From a virus, in the IMG/VR virus record IMGVR_UViG_3300036715_000875, positions 10,884 through 74,883 of that record: a stretch of 64,000 bases of DNA. One strand, written 5' to 3'. The translations under genes were made by a program, and so were the position numbers. A model generated the notes under the pieces. That model was not told where the DNA came from. It did no database searches and was given only the letters and a program-made list of their open reading frames with translations. Positions 30,002-40,393 of this stretch are shown piece by piece (the stretch's first letter is position 1; each line of letters begins with the position of its first letter).

Positions 30002-31989
30002 TGGATGTTTCGGGCTGGGAAATCGTAGAGCAAGAAAAGTGTAAGCTTATCTATGCTCAATTTTTTGATGGGGTTCAATGTTTTGATTCTGGGCTTGGAA
30101 GGCTTCATATAGCTACACCAGATTTTGAGTTTAATACATATGACCCAGTGCTTAAGAAGCTAACTACCAAAACCTATTCTATTTATCCTGTCACACCTTC
30201 TGATCTTAACTATATCCAAAGACCTCTATTATTGCTTAACATAGATATGAGTATCTCTGGTCTAGTAGTTAAACTCACAGCTGATGCCTATGAAAAAACT
30301 AGGATTATACCTCTATTCTACTTAACCTCTTGTAATACAACGAACTATGATGGGCTTAATATCTGTCTAGCTATATATCAAGAAGAATTAGTCACATCAG
30401 TATCATTTGAAGCCGGTAGAATAGATTTTTTGTCTTCATCTGTTTTTAAGTATACAGACGTAAAAAATGTGGCCCATTTGTACCGCCTTAAAGACAATGG
30501 AAAGAATATTATCGTGTATGACATACCAGATAATTTTTCAAATATATATTACTTTCCAGCCGCATACTACGTAGAGAAGCTTCCACCAGAGGTAGAAAGA
30601 GCCATAAGGCATAACTATAAGTATGCTAAGCCTTATAAGACCTATGATATGTCTATTTTCCCTTGTACATATACAGGTAGCTCTACTAGATACCTATTTA
30701 ACTCAAATATAGAGTATATAAAAGATTCTAATAATATATGGAGATTTATACTAAGGCTATATACAGAGAGCTATACTATGGTTGATAATAGATTATCACT
30801 ATCTGTTATCTTAAGAGACTCCGTAACTGGGCTATATAGAGTTGAGACTTATGCTTATGACTTCTTTACTTGGAAGAACCCTATAGACTTAGAAGCTTTA
30901 AGTGAAACAATTGATTCTAAATTTGGGTCTAGAGAGTTTTCTGGAATTATTGGCCCAGCGCAGTGTAAGGCTTACTTTATGGAGTATTTTAAAGACCCAG
31001 TACTATTAGAGGCTGTGTTTAAAGAAACAGTTGAAGTCCCCTCATATGGGTTTCCTACTTGCCCAAATGTAGCTACATATGACATAACTGTTTGTGAATG
31101 TACTGGAGGAAACCTTTGCTGGGATAAGTTTGTTTTACCTTGTGAAGAGTGTAACCCAGATACAGGTGTAATAAAGGATACTTGTACTGCTCCAGCTCGC
31201 TGTACTATATTTGACTGTCATACTAATGCTACACATTATGCTTGTATTTGTGGGTCAGAATTTGGTATAGACACATTTCCAGCTGTGCAAGCTACGTTCT
31301 TAACACCTAGTTGTAAAATGATCAAATATGATAGATATATCTTAACTAGAGATGGTGATGTTAAAGGTCATGTTAGTTTGGCTGAACTACTACCTGCATC
31401 TGAAATGGGCATAATGAGTGGGCCATGGCTAAGGTTCTTTAATATTTATGATCTTATACCAGGAAATAAGTATGACTATGATGGGGTGACAAAGACTGTA
31501 GATCAGCTAGTATTTCTAGCTCTAAAATACCTAAAGGTAGACTTTATAGAAGTCCCAGCTAATAAGACTACTTGGAATAATCCACTTAGAGGCTATGTCA
31601 CTTTAGATGATTTGCTCTCATCAGACTATATAGATATAAGCTACGAAGAGGTTATAGCCATGATACCTGGTGCAGGTAGCATGAAACTAGACTGGGGTAC
31701 ACAGCACTGGGATTCTAAGGGGGCATATACAGTACAAGGCCAGCCTTGTATGTACCAGAGTGTTACTATAACTGTAACTAAAGCTGGGTCTGTAACTCAC
31801 GCGTATAATAGTATTCAAGGCTTTTACTTTATCTACCCTATGGTCACGGTACAACCAACAGCTCATGAAGCTATTCTAGCCTACTCAGAATATTGTGAAA
31901 AAGTTAAATGGCTAGGTCATCAAGATGCCTATACCTTTGCACTATATAAAGATACTATTTCTAAATCAGCCACGAGCCTAGAAATCTAG
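30001..31989 (+). CDS. Cys-rich hypothetical protein, last late gene
   Basis: 662 aa; dense Cys cluster near 31060-31315; stop overlaps the convergent sbcC-like gene. Confidence 0.6.
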   Translation: MDVSGWEIVEQEKCKLIYAQFFDGVQCFDSGLGRLHIATPDFEFNTYDPVLKKLTTKTYSIYPVTPSDLNYIQRPLLLLNIDMSISGLVVKLTADAYEKTRIIPLFYLTSCNTTNYDGLNICLAIYQEELVTSVSFEAGRIDFLSSSVFKYTDVKNVAHLYRLKDNGKNIIVYDIPDNFSNIYYFPAAYYVEKLPPEVERAIRHNYKYAKPYKTYDMSIFPCTYTGSSTRYLFNSNIEYIKDSNNIWRFILRLYTESYTMVDNRLSLSVILRDSVTGLYRVETYAYDFFTWKNPIDLEALSETIDSKFGSREFSGIIGPAQCKAYFMEYFKDPVLLEAVFKETVEVPSYGFPTCPNVATYDITVCECTGGNLCWDKFVLPCEECNPDTGVIKDTCTAPARCTIFDCHTNATHYACICGSEFGIDTFPAVQATFLTPSCKMIKYDRYILTRDGDVKGHVSLAELLPASEMGIMSGPWLRFFNIYDLIPGNKYDYDGVTKTVDQLVFLALKYLKVDFIEVPANKTTWNNPLRGYVTLDDLLSSDYIDISYEEVIAMIPGAGSMKLDWGTQHWDSKGAYTVQGQPCMYQSVTITVTKAGSVTHAYNSIQGFYFIYPMVTVQPTAHEAILAYSEYCEKVKWLGHQDAYTFALYKDTISKSATSLEI

Positions 31990-33909
31990 GTCTCCGTGAG
32001 ATATGTAGATAAGCTGCATATCAGTTGACTTAAGTATATCTAAGAGTAGAGACTCTTTAACGCTATCAAATGAAGCGGCTATTTCATCAAGCATCATCGT
32101 GTTGAAGTCTCCGAGTCTAGATATTTGAGCTACCGCTAAACGAAGCGCAAAGTTAACAGAATCTTCTTCAGAACCGCTATATAGGTCATAGTTTTCAATA
32201 CTATAGTCTTTATTAATTTGGACATGAGTAAATTTCCCTTCTGTTAAATAAGACATAATTTTACTGACGTTATCAGTCAATAGTGGAACTATGTTATCTG
32301 AGAACTCTTTACGATAAGCATCAATAAACTTAACTAGCCGGGACTGTTCAATTATTAAAGTTTCTTTATCTAAGAAATCTTTATAGTATTGGTCATGAAT
32401 AGCCTGAGCTCTAAGCTGAGCTTCTAGCGCTTTACCCTTAATAAGGATAGAGTCATTAACTTCTACTAGTCTAGCTTTAAAACTTTGAAGGTCAACTTTA
32501 ATAGGCTCTTCTGTTACTTCAGAGTACTCTTCTAGTTTTTTAAATCTAGATACTCTTTCACGTAAATTAGATAGCTCTGTCTCAAGACTATGAATATCCA
32601 CAGCTTCAATGTACTCAACACTAGCTATATCAGCTAGCCTATCAAGATAAGGTTTTAGTGTAACAACTTTAATAGCCTCTTCTACATCTAAGTCCTTACC
32701 TAGAGGTAGTTCCTGTACACGGGCTGATAGATTAAACTTATCTTGCTGAGCTATCTGTTCTGTAACCTTAGCCTGGAGCTCTTCAATATCTTTAGCTAGA
32801 ATAGCTATTCTAGTTCTAGTCTTTTTAATATCTGGCATATCTTGGCCACATGAGCTACAAGTATCTGGACTATTAACCAACTGCTTATGCTCTCTAGTCA
32901 TAGCCGTTAAGGATTCTTTTGCTTTAACTAACTTATCTCCATGATTCATAGCTATAACATTAGCTACTAAATCTAGGTCAGATTGCAATAAATTGTTATG
33001 TTTTAGTATACTTTTGTGATTCATTAGGTCTTGTATAGAATACTTGAAATATTCTTCGAGTACATTTATACCAGCTGTTTTTTTCAATAATATCTCTTTT
33101 TCATCAAAAAGTTTATTATTAGCTTCAGCTTGTATAGATACTCTTAACTTAGCCTCTTCTTCAAGTATCTTAGTTTCAGTGTCTTCTAAAGTAGAGTGTT
33201 CTGGAATCAAACTAAGTAGGACTTGCTTCTTGTTCCACTGAGCAAGTTGAGTCTGGTATATAGCGTCTTGACCAACTAAAACTGTCAAGTCTTGGGATAG
33301 TGTATCATGTACTATTTTCAAGTCATCAAGTTCTTCAGTTAACTTAATAATAGTATCCTCAGAGTAAATAGCTTCATCGAGTTTATTCTTAAGACTAGAT
33401 ACTTCAGCCTTATTGAACTTAATACTCTCGCTTACTGTTTTCTTTAGGGTATCAAGAATATCAATACGTAAAAGCTTCTCAACACGCTTAGTTCGCTCCA
33501 TAGGAGAGAGCCCTGCAAAGCTATCAACGTCTTTTTGCCCAATATAAAATGATGTTTTAAAGAGCTCTGGTACTAGACCGTACCGCTGCTCTACCCATTC
33601 GTTAATACCAGTATGGCCACGAGCAATAATATTACCTTCAAGGTCAGATACTGTTTGCTTATTAGTATGGCGGCTAATAATATACTCGTCAAGATATAGG
33701 TCAACCCCACCATTGGTTTCATCGTTTCTTATCCATGCGTTACTTTTGCCCTTCTGAACTGAGCTTCCTTGTAAAGCATAAGCAATAGCTTCAACTATAG
33801 TACTCTTCCCTGTACCATTTCTACCCTGTATAACATGAAGCCGTGGATTAAATTCAACAGTCTTAGTACCAAACTGTCTATAATTATATAAGTCAATTTT
33901 GTGTATCAT
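31978..33909 (-). CDS. sbcC: SbcC/Rad50-like ATPase
   Basis: Walker A GRNGTGKS, coiled coil with CSSC hook, YSGSE signature, Walker B MMLDE, ISH. Confidence 0.93.
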   Translation of the reverse strand: MIHKIDLYNYRQFGTKTVEFNPRLHVIQGRNGTGKSTIVEAIAYALQGSSVQKGKSNAWIRNDETNGGVDLYLDEYIISRHTNKQTVSDLEGNIIARGHTGINEWVEQRYGLVPELFKTSFYIGQKDVDSFAGLSPMERTKRVEKLLRIDILDTLKKTVSESIKFNKAEVSSLKNKLDEAIYSEDTIIKLTEELDDLKIVHDTLSQDLTVLVGQDAIYQTQLAQWNKKQVLLSLIPEHSTLEDTETKILEEEAKLRVSIQAEANNKLFDEKEILLKKTAGINVLEEYFKYSIQDLMNHKSILKHNNLLQSDLDLVANVIAMNHGDKLVKAKESLTAMTREHKQLVNSPDTCSSCGQDMPDIKKTRTRIAILAKDIEELQAKVTEQIAQQDKFNLSARVQELPLGKDLDVEEAIKVVTLKPYLDRLADIASVEYIEAVDIHSLETELSNLRERVSRFKKLEEYSEVTEEPIKVDLQSFKARLVEVNDSILIKGKALEAQLRAQAIHDQYYKDFLDKETLIIEQSRLVKFIDAYRKEFSDNIVPLLTDNVSKIMSYLTEGKFTHVQINKDYSIENYDLYSGSEEDSVNFALRLAVAQISRLGDFNTMMLDEIAASFDSVKESLLLDILKSTDMQLIYISHGDLDF

Positions 33910-34828
33910 TTATAAACCCTTCTAACATTTGCTCACTGAATCCTGCCTCAATGGCTGCTTTTGTAAAGTCTGCTAAGATATCAATCTTAAGGTCTTTACT
34001 CTCCATTTGAATATCATCAATAGATACTTCTTTGGCTGTTTTAATATAGTATGCTTTAGACTCATCTATAATAACTGGCTCTTCACGTAGAAGAAGAACA
34101 TCACAAGTAGATTCATCAGTACCTACTCCGTGATTTATATCTTTAAGACCTTCGCCAATTACATAGTAAGCCTTCTTACCAAGTTCAGCTATAGTCATAG
34201 GCATAATAGCACCAAGGTGAATAAACCCTTGTTCATCATGAAAAGTATGTTCATGCCCAGATAAGATCAGCATACCCTTCTTTTCAAACTTATTGAATAA
34301 GGCAGCTGGCATTGCGTTATCCATTTCATTACCCCAATCAGCCCAGTTACAGTGAAGACAGAGAATATCTCCCTCTTTACCCTGCTCTAGAGCATCTTGT
34401 AGAATACTTTCAAAGAGCTCTTGTGTGTCGCACCAGCCAATGCCATAGACATTAATAGCCACTTTATCTGGTACAAACATATGAGCCAGTTTATTTTTTG
34501 ATACAATACAAACGTTTGGAAGCGTGGCTAGCTTTTCAAAGGCATACTCTCTCTCAACCTTAGGACGGTCATGGTTACCTTCAAGTATCCATACATTTGG
34601 TACATTAATAATAGTAGCAATAAACCTACCATAACTAAGGCTATCAGGATTTGCAGTATCAAATACATCACCCAGTAGTGTAAGTCTATCTGGCTTTTCT
34701 TGTTTAATAATCCCTGCAAGAATATCAAGAGGTTTATTATTCCAAATTTCTGGATTTCCATAGGTCACCTTTCGCTTTTTATCACAGTGTAGATCAGCTA
34801 CAAAAATACTTTTCATCAGTGTCTCCAA
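33893..34828 (-). CDS. sbcD: SbcD/Mre11-like metallophosphoesterase nuclease
   Basis: DLH, GDVFD, GNHD, GHEH motifs; adjacent to sbcC. Confidence 0.92.
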   Translation of the reverse strand: METLMKSIFVADLHCDKKRKVTYGNPEIWNNKPLDILAGIIKQEKPDRLTLLGDVFDTANPDSLSYGRFIATIINVPNVWILEGNHDRPKVEREYAFEKLATLPNVCIVSKNKLAHMFVPDKVAINVYGIGWCDTQELFESILQDALEQGKEGDILCLHCNWADWGNEMDNAMPAALFNKFEKKGMLILSGHEHTFHDEQGFIHLGAIMPMTIAELGKKAYYVIGEGLKDINHGVGTDESTCDVLLLREEPVIIDESKAYYIKTAKEVSIDDIQMESKDLKIDILADFTKAAIEAGFSEQMLEGFINDTQN

Positions 34829-35250
34829 AATTCAAATTTTATTTCATACTTATACTTAGCCAGCTCTTCCCATTTCCATGATGCAGCTGGTGACTTAAAC
34901 TTATCCATAACTATAGAGAATGGTACAAAGTACCAAGATTGTGTAGGAAGGTGGTGGAGGATAAACATACTTCTCCACCCAGCCTTAATATAGCGCATAG
35001 CAAAACCAAGCTGAGAGCCAGATATGTTCTTTAATGGAAATCGTATAAGGTCTACTGAAGATTTAACTTCAACTAGCCAGGGCTGACTTCTCCAAGTAAT
35101 ATAGTAATCACTAGGAGCTGGCTGTACTAGATTACGAGCATCAGAAGAGTCAGTGAATCTACCATAGATAAACTCATGATTAGCTTCCATAATACATTTT
35201 AGATGGGCTAAATACTCTTTTTCAGAAGGCTTACCGTTATTTTTTGACAT
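34816..35250 (-). CDS. PD-(D/E)xK nuclease, RecU/Holliday-junction-resolvase-like
   Basis: GK..E, PSDY, VEVKS, I..SQ pattern. Confidence 0.75.
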   Translation of the reverse strand: MSKNNGKPSEKEYLAHLKCIMEANHEFIYGRFTDSSDARNLVQPAPSDYYITWRSQPWLVEVKSSVDLIRFPLKNISGSQLGFAMRYIKAGWRSMFILHHLPTQSWYFVPFSIVMDKFKSPAASWKWEELAKYKYEIKFEFWRH

Positions 35251-35692
35251 ACTCATACTCCAGGTAGCTACCACAGTCTATATTGTTAGCTAACTCATAA
35301 CCATTTAAAAAGTCAACCGGAAACGTATACCCTGAATTAAGTTTAGCCATAGCTTGATGGATAATAAGTTTAGCTGGAGAATATTTTTTAAATGTCTCAA
35401 CGCCTCCAAAATTAACTTCAATAGCTAGTGGACTAAGATCATCCAGCGGATTAACTGAGGCTACATTTTTAAACCCGTAGATTCTATCATACGTAGGAAC
35501 ATACCAAGTCTTAGCTAAAGCTAACAACTTTGGGAACTTAGAGATAGTCATAAATGTGCTATACCCCACAAGAACTGTTTTACCTGTAATGAACTCTTTT
35601 ACCCACTGCTTATCTTTAGCTGGACCCCAAGAGACGTCTCCAGTATCATCTGCACAAAACCAGTCACTACTAACTAGCATAATTCCAATCAT
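35237..35692 (-). CDS. folA: Divergent dihydrofolate reductase
   Basis: VSWGPAKDKQW (Trp/Asp27 region), TGKTVLVGYSTF (cf. MGRKTF), FGG motif. Confidence 0.75.
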   Translation of the reverse strand: MIGIMLVSSDWFCADDTGDVSWGPAKDKQWVKEFITGKTVLVGYSTFMTISKFPKLLALAKTWYVPTYDRIYGFKNVASVNPLDDLSPLAIEVNFGGVETFKKYSPAKLIIHQAMAKLNSGYTFPVDFLNGYELANNIDCGSYLEYEYVKK

Positions 35693-35997
35693 ATCTTATC
35701 CTTACCTTGGGGAAACTCTACCCCAAATTTATGTTTCAAGACTATGACAATAGCCTTGAACTGTTCGCGTTGTTCTAGAGTTGGGCTCTTAAGATGAATA
35801 CCTTTTTTCCAAGCGTCAGCTAATCGCCACTGTTCAATAAACTCATACTCACTAACTAAAGGGTTACTTTTATAGGCCGCTGGAATTCCTGTACCTTTTA
35901 GTGTGCTAAAGTTAAGAGTACTTTTAAATGAAGTTTCCTCTTTAATCTCTTTAGTAGTCTTTAGACCAGACAAGTTGATCTTTCTACCTTCTAGCAT
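35689..35997 (-). CDS. Hypothetical protein in the nucleotide cluster
   Basis: 102 aa, AAGGAG RBS, overlaps both neighbours. Confidence 0.6.
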   Translation of the reverse strand: MLEGRKINLSGLKTTKEIKEETSFKSTLNFSTLKGTGIPAAYKSNPLVSEYEFIEQWRLADAWKKGIHLKSPTLEQREQFKAIVIVLKHKFGVEFPQGKDKI

Positions 35998-36392
35998 GTT
36001 ATCTCCTTAACGTCAATGAACTTCTTACAATGTAATAATACCATAGGTTCTTTCACTAATCCTCTAAAGATTATTTTCTGAACCCCAAATTGGACTAAAT
36101 GCTTAGCGCAGTTTTCGCAAGGGAAATAGTTAATATACAAGGTTGAACCTTGTATATCATTAATATCTCTGGCATTAGCTATGCCATTCATCTCTGCATG
36201 TATCACCCGCCAATGCTCAGTCTTACCTTCAGAATCTTCACAGCAGTTGCTATCGCCTTTGATAGTGCCATTAACTCCTGTAGCGATTATATGATTATCC
36301 TTGACAAATATAGCCGCTACTTGTTTCTTTTTACAATGAGACTGAGTAGCAAAAATATCTACTAAGTCTAACCAAAATAAATCGCCCCACAT
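35991..36392 (-). CDS. dCMP deaminase
   Basis: HAE...PCENC zinc motif, SHC...VAA...G.NG. Confidence 0.92.
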   Translation of the reverse strand: MWGDLFWLDLVDIFATQSHCKKKQVAAIFVKDNHIIATGVNGTIKGDSNCCEDSEGKTEHWRVIHAEMNGIANARDINDIQGSTLYINYFPCENCAKHLVQFGVQKIIFRGLVKEPMVLLHCKKFIDVKEITC

Positions 36393-36394
36393 AT

Positions 36395-37231
36395 TTACTG
36401 AACTACTTCTGGCTTAGGATTCCAGTCATTAGGCTTATAAGTTAACATAGCATTAGAAGTGACACTAGCTACAAATAGATCTGGATATAAGCGAGCGTCT
36501 TCAATAGTATCCATAAAGGATACTGTCTCATTAGCTTTATTATATGGTGTTATGAGCATTTGACTACACATAACATAGTGATTCTCATAGATATGAGCGT
36601 GTGCTATAGCATAAGATAGCACTCCTACTTGAACCTCTAGTGAGTTAGCAAGTAACTTTCCTAGTAGCGTATACATTAAAAAGTCATAAGGTAGTCCAAC
36701 GATAATATCATTTGATCTTAGGGTTAAATGGATATTTAGTTTTCCATCGATAATATTAATCACCGCTGTATAAGGACAAGGTACGTTCTTAACTGGAATA
36801 ACATTATCTCTACTTGCATCCCAGCTCATTAACACTTGCTGACGAGATGAAGGGTCAGCTTTCAATTTATCAATGATATTAGCGATTTGATCTACTCCAA
36901 AGGCATGCTGCCATCTATAGCCATAAGCTGTAGAAATAGTCCCAGGGTTATTATCATCTTCAAACATTTTCCAGATACCCGTGTACTTACTAATCCACTC
37001 TGTAGACTGTTCGCCACTAAGCATCCAAGCTACTTCTGCAGCTCCTGTCTTTACAAAACTTTTTCTCAAGTGTAGTAAAGGATAGAAGTCCATATCCCAC
37101 TTAAAGAACATTCCATGAAACGCTATAACATTTGTACCAGTTCGTTCATTAAATTGAGAAGTCCCATTATTTAGGACTCCATTAATAGCTTCTAAATAAA
37201 GCTCATCAAAATATGTGTGTACCTTGTACAT
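36395..37231 (-). CDS. Thymidylate synthase (ThyA) family enzyme, predicted dCMP-specific
   Basis: ERTGT, AEVAW, AYG, catalytic Cys152 in PCP, RSND, GLPYD (Asp183 at the E. coli Asn177 position), HIYENH. Confidence 0.9.
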   Translation of the reverse strand: MYKVHTYFDELYLEAINGVLNNGTSQFNERTGTNVIAFHGMFFKWDMDFYPLLHLRKSFVKTGAAEVAWMLSGEQSTEWISKYTGIWKMFEDDNNPGTISTAYGYRWQHAFGVDQIANIIDKLKADPSSRQQVLMSWDASRDNVIPVKNVPCPYTAVINIIDGKLNIHLTLRSNDIIVGLPYDFLMYTLLGKLLANSLEVQVGVLSYAIAHAHIYENHYVMCSQMLITPYNKANETVSFMDTIEDARLYPDLFVASVTSNAMLTYKPNDWNPKPEVVQ

Positions 37232-39145
37232 TTAGTTTCCTTTCGACTGATAGCCACTTAAGGCTTTTTCAATTGCATTAGATATACTTCCAGCTTCAGA
37301 TACTTCTACCTGATCTGCAAAGTTAATACCGACTGATACTGCAGCTTCTAAAGGTAATGAAAACCCTTTAGGTGTATATTCCATGATTTCTACAATCTTT
37401 GGAATATAGAGTTCAGCCATACTACTCTTCATAGAGAAAACAAATTCGTCATGAATAGGAGCCATAAAAGTTATACCAGAGTTAAAGAGTAATTCTTCAT
37501 GGTCTAGTGTAGTCATTGAGAGTTTCATAAGCTCAGAACAGCTACCTTGAACAATTGAGTTAACAACTTTATTCTTGGCCTCAGCTCTAATAGCTTTAAT
37601 TGGGCTCTGCATCTCAGGAAGGTGCCTTGTACGTCCAAACATAGTTCTTACGTATAGATTCTGCGTTGCGAATTGAACTTGCTCATTCCAGTAGTCATAG
37701 AAGTACTTTGAGTAACCATTCTTATGTGCCATCAAGAAAGCTTCAGCTTCAGCTTCATAACAGTTTAGAAGATCAAACTTAGCTAATCGCTTTGGCGATG
37801 CCCCATACAATGCAGCAAAGTTAAGTGTCTTTCCTTTTTGACGAGCTTTCTTAGCGGCGGCATCGCCATTTGCGAGTAGCGCCTTCATCTCATCGTAGCT
37901 AACACCTAAGATATTCGTACCAGAAACGGTATGTAGATCTTTACCTGTATTATAAGCATCGAGTAGCTTAGGGTCTTGTGACAAGTGGCCAGCCATACGT
38001 AACTCAATTTGAGACCAATCTACTGACACAATAATATCTTCGTCTTTTTCATAGTTAGGGATAAATACCTTACGGACTTTAACACCTTCACCGCGCTTTG
38101 AAATCTGCTGAAGATTAGGAGAACCCATAGAGAATCTTCCAGTAACTGTACCAGTCTGTCTTAACTCAGAGTGGATACGACCATCAGGATAGCGTAAGTT
38201 TGGATAGGCTTTATAGTAAAGCTTCTCTCGAGTCTCAACTGCTTTAGCTTCACCAAGTGCAGCTAACATAGGGTGTTCATGCCCATGGTCTAAGACTAAG
38301 TTAAATAAGGTCTCTTTATCAGTGCTTGCTTGGCCAGACTTACCAACCTTAACAACCGGTAGCTTCAAGACATTGAATAATAGATGACTAAGTTGCTTAG
38401 GACTATTAAGGTTAACACCTTGTAAGTCTGGGTGGGCTGATAATAGTTTACGCTCAGTGGCAATGTCAGCTGCTCTAATAGTATCAAGAAGTTCAAAGTC
38501 AACATTCTGACCGCTAATATAGAGCTTGCTCGCAATAGCTGGAATATCCATTTCAAATGTTTCATAGTAATCCAAGTTAATCTTAGAAGCATATAGATCA
38601 AATAGCTTCAGTGTCCAGGTAGCATCTGACATACCATATTCATAGCCTTCTGCCCCTGTTATATCGGCCATACTTCCATCACCGACAGTCTCTTTATAGG
38701 AGGGCATCTCATGATGGAAAAACCGTTTAACAGAAGGCTTAAGGCCCTGAGCCATATTCTCATTCCAGTTTGTACCCATAACCATAGTATCCCATAGTTT
38801 ACCTTTGAGTTCATAACCGTGAAGCTTAAGTAGTGTGTACTCAAATGAGAAGTTGTGTGCAATCCATTCTTGTGATTTGTTGTTATCAAGAATTAGAGGA
38901 AGGTAATCATAACTTAAGTCTCCGTCTTTATGAGCGAAGTTAAAGTACATTTCAATACCAGAACGTGTAGCGAGCTGTAAGCTTGCAATAGCAGAGTTAA
39001 TACGATTAAGAGGTTTAGTCTTCTCAGTACAGTTGTGAAACCAATCTAGCTTTGTGAATGTTTCAAGGTCGATAGACCAGATTTCTTCTGGGCTATCTTT
39101 AAGGATTGCTAAGGCCTCGTTTATATTCGAGCTTGTTACCAGCAT
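37232..39145 (-). CDS. polA: Family A DNA polymerase (3'-5' exonuclease plus polymerase domains)
   Basis: DLET, HNFSFE, TGRFS, DWSQIELR (motif A), KTLNFAALYG (B), HDE (C). Confidence 0.96.
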   Translation of the reverse strand: MLVTSSNINEALAILKDSPEEIWSIDLETFTKLDWFHNCTEKTKPLNRINSAIASLQLATRSGIEMYFNFAHKDGDLSYDYLPLILDNNKSQEWIAHNFSFEYTLLKLHGYELKGKLWDTMVMGTNWNENMAQGLKPSVKRFFHHEMPSYKETVGDGSMADITGAEGYEYGMSDATWTLKLFDLYASKINLDYYETFEMDIPAIASKLYISGQNVDFELLDTIRAADIATERKLLSAHPDLQGVNLNSPKQLSHLLFNVLKLPVVKVGKSGQASTDKETLFNLVLDHGHEHPMLAALGEAKAVETREKLYYKAYPNLRYPDGRIHSELRQTGTVTGRFSMGSPNLQQISKRGEGVKVRKVFIPNYEKDEDIIVSVDWSQIELRMAGHLSQDPKLLDAYNTGKDLHTVSGTNILGVSYDEMKALLANGDAAAKKARQKGKTLNFAALYGASPKRLAKFDLLNCYEAEAEAFLMAHKNGYSKYFYDYWNEQVQFATQNLYVRTMFGRTRHLPEMQSPIKAIRAEAKNKVVNSIVQGSCSELMKLSMTTLDHEELLFNSGITFMAPIHDEFVFSMKSSMAELYIPKIVEIMEYTPKGFSLPLEAAVSVGINFADQVEVSEAGSISNAIEKALSGYQSKGN

Positions 39146-39156
39146 TATAGTACCTT

Positions 39157-39891
39157 TTATTGAAGGATTAAGATTTGATTTGCATCAAGAAAGTCTTGAA
39201 GCGGGGTGTTGATTTTTTCTAACTCATTGATAGAATAGCCATAATATTGCATAGCTAATTTATGAGACATTATAGCATGAGGTGTAAATAAGTCACTCTC
39301 ATCATATTGCTCATCAGATAATAGTTTAGTTAGTATATCCCGCTCATCAGCTGATAGCTTCTGATAGGCTACTTTACCAAACCCCTTCTTACCAGGGATA
39401 TTATCACTAGAGTCACCGACTAGTGTTTTATATAGTAAGATATGAGCTGGATTGGGGCTAAAGAACTTTTGCTCAATCAGCTGCTCATCTACCTTTGTAT
39501 TACCATTGATATATACAGTCACACCATAACCGGTTAAGTGCCATAAGTCTTTATCATTTGAAACGACTACGTCACCTTTCTTCGCTTGGCATGCTATATA
39601 ATCATCAGCTTCTCCACCCTTAACCTCGATCACACTGACACTATCAAAGTGTCTTCCCATGCTCACGATATTATTATAGATAGAGAAATATACAGGGTCG
39701 TCGGTACTACCTCTACCAGCTTTATACCCTTCAAAGATTCCTTTACGGAAGTTTCTAGAGGAAGCTGTATCACAAACCATTTGAATCTTCTTACCTCGAT
39801 GTTTTTCAAGGAGGGCTAAGAATAGCTCATAAGGGTCTCCACCGCCGTGGTAGATTCTCTTAATATAGTTATTAGTATCAATATAGACCAT
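39157..39891 (-). CDS. 5'-3' exonuclease/flap endonuclease
   Basis: YKAGR, EADD, SNDKD, GDSSDNIPG. Confidence 0.93.
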   Translation of the reverse strand: MVYIDTNNYIKRIYHGGGDPYELFLALLEKHRGKKIQMVCDTASSRNFRKGIFEGYKAGRGSTDDPVYFSIYNNIVSMGRHFDSVSVIEVKGGEADDYIACQAKKGDVVVSNDKDLWHLTGYGVTVYINGNTKVDEQLIEQKFFSPNPAHILLYKTLVGDSSDNIPGKKGFGKVAYQKLSADERDILTKLLSDEQYDESDLFTPHAIMSHKLAMQYYGYSINELEKINTPLQDFLDANQILILQ

Positions 39892-40393
39892 CTGGAATGG
39901 CCTTTCCCTTTGTTAAGGTAACACGTTCAATAGTCAACTCAGGAAATCCTTGAGTAAGATAGTGTGCAGCTTTTTCAAAGGCTTGACGGATAGCTTCATA
40001 GCCATGCTTTTCAAATGGGTCGTTCTCATCATAAGGAGCAAAAGGCTTATTTATAACATAGATAATCCGCTCGGGCATATTATCCTTATATACATAGGTA
40101 GTATACAAATGGATAATATCAGCGGGTTCCATATTATTGAGAAGATACCCTTGATAAGCTAGCATAGAAAGAATATCTCTATCCAAGACTATGTTCTTAT
40201 CTTTACTCTCTTCCCAAAACTTTTGGGCATCGGCGAAGAATAGGAATGGGTTATTCATTTCACCAGAAAATATTAGAGGCCTGACAGTTGGTGATGGTAG
40301 GAATCGAAATTCTCTACCAGTTTCTTCTGCCAATGCCTGGGCCATTGTTGTTTTACCACACCGATCAGGACCTTCAATAAGAATTACTCCCAT
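39878..40393 (-). CDS. tmk: Thymidylate/dNMP kinase
   Basis: IEGPDRCGKTT P-loop, LDR..LS..AYQG. Confidence 0.85.
   Translation of the reverse strand: MGVILIEGPDRCGKTTMAQALAEETGREFRFLPSPTVRPLIFSGEMNNPFLFFADAQKFWEESKDKNIVLDRDILSMLAYQGYLLNNMEPADIIHLYTTYVYKDNMPERIIYVINKPFAPYDENDPFEKHGYEAIRQAFEKAAHYLTQGFPELTIERVTLTKGKAIPDGLY

Noticed and set aside
36395-37231. Plain thyA annotation, or T4-type hydroxymethylase with glucosylation
   Set aside because: The dUMP-selecting Asn and the His of PCH are both replaced; the sequence is otherwise ThyA-like with linked DHFR and no glycosyltransferase seen (hydroxymethylation is not excluded)
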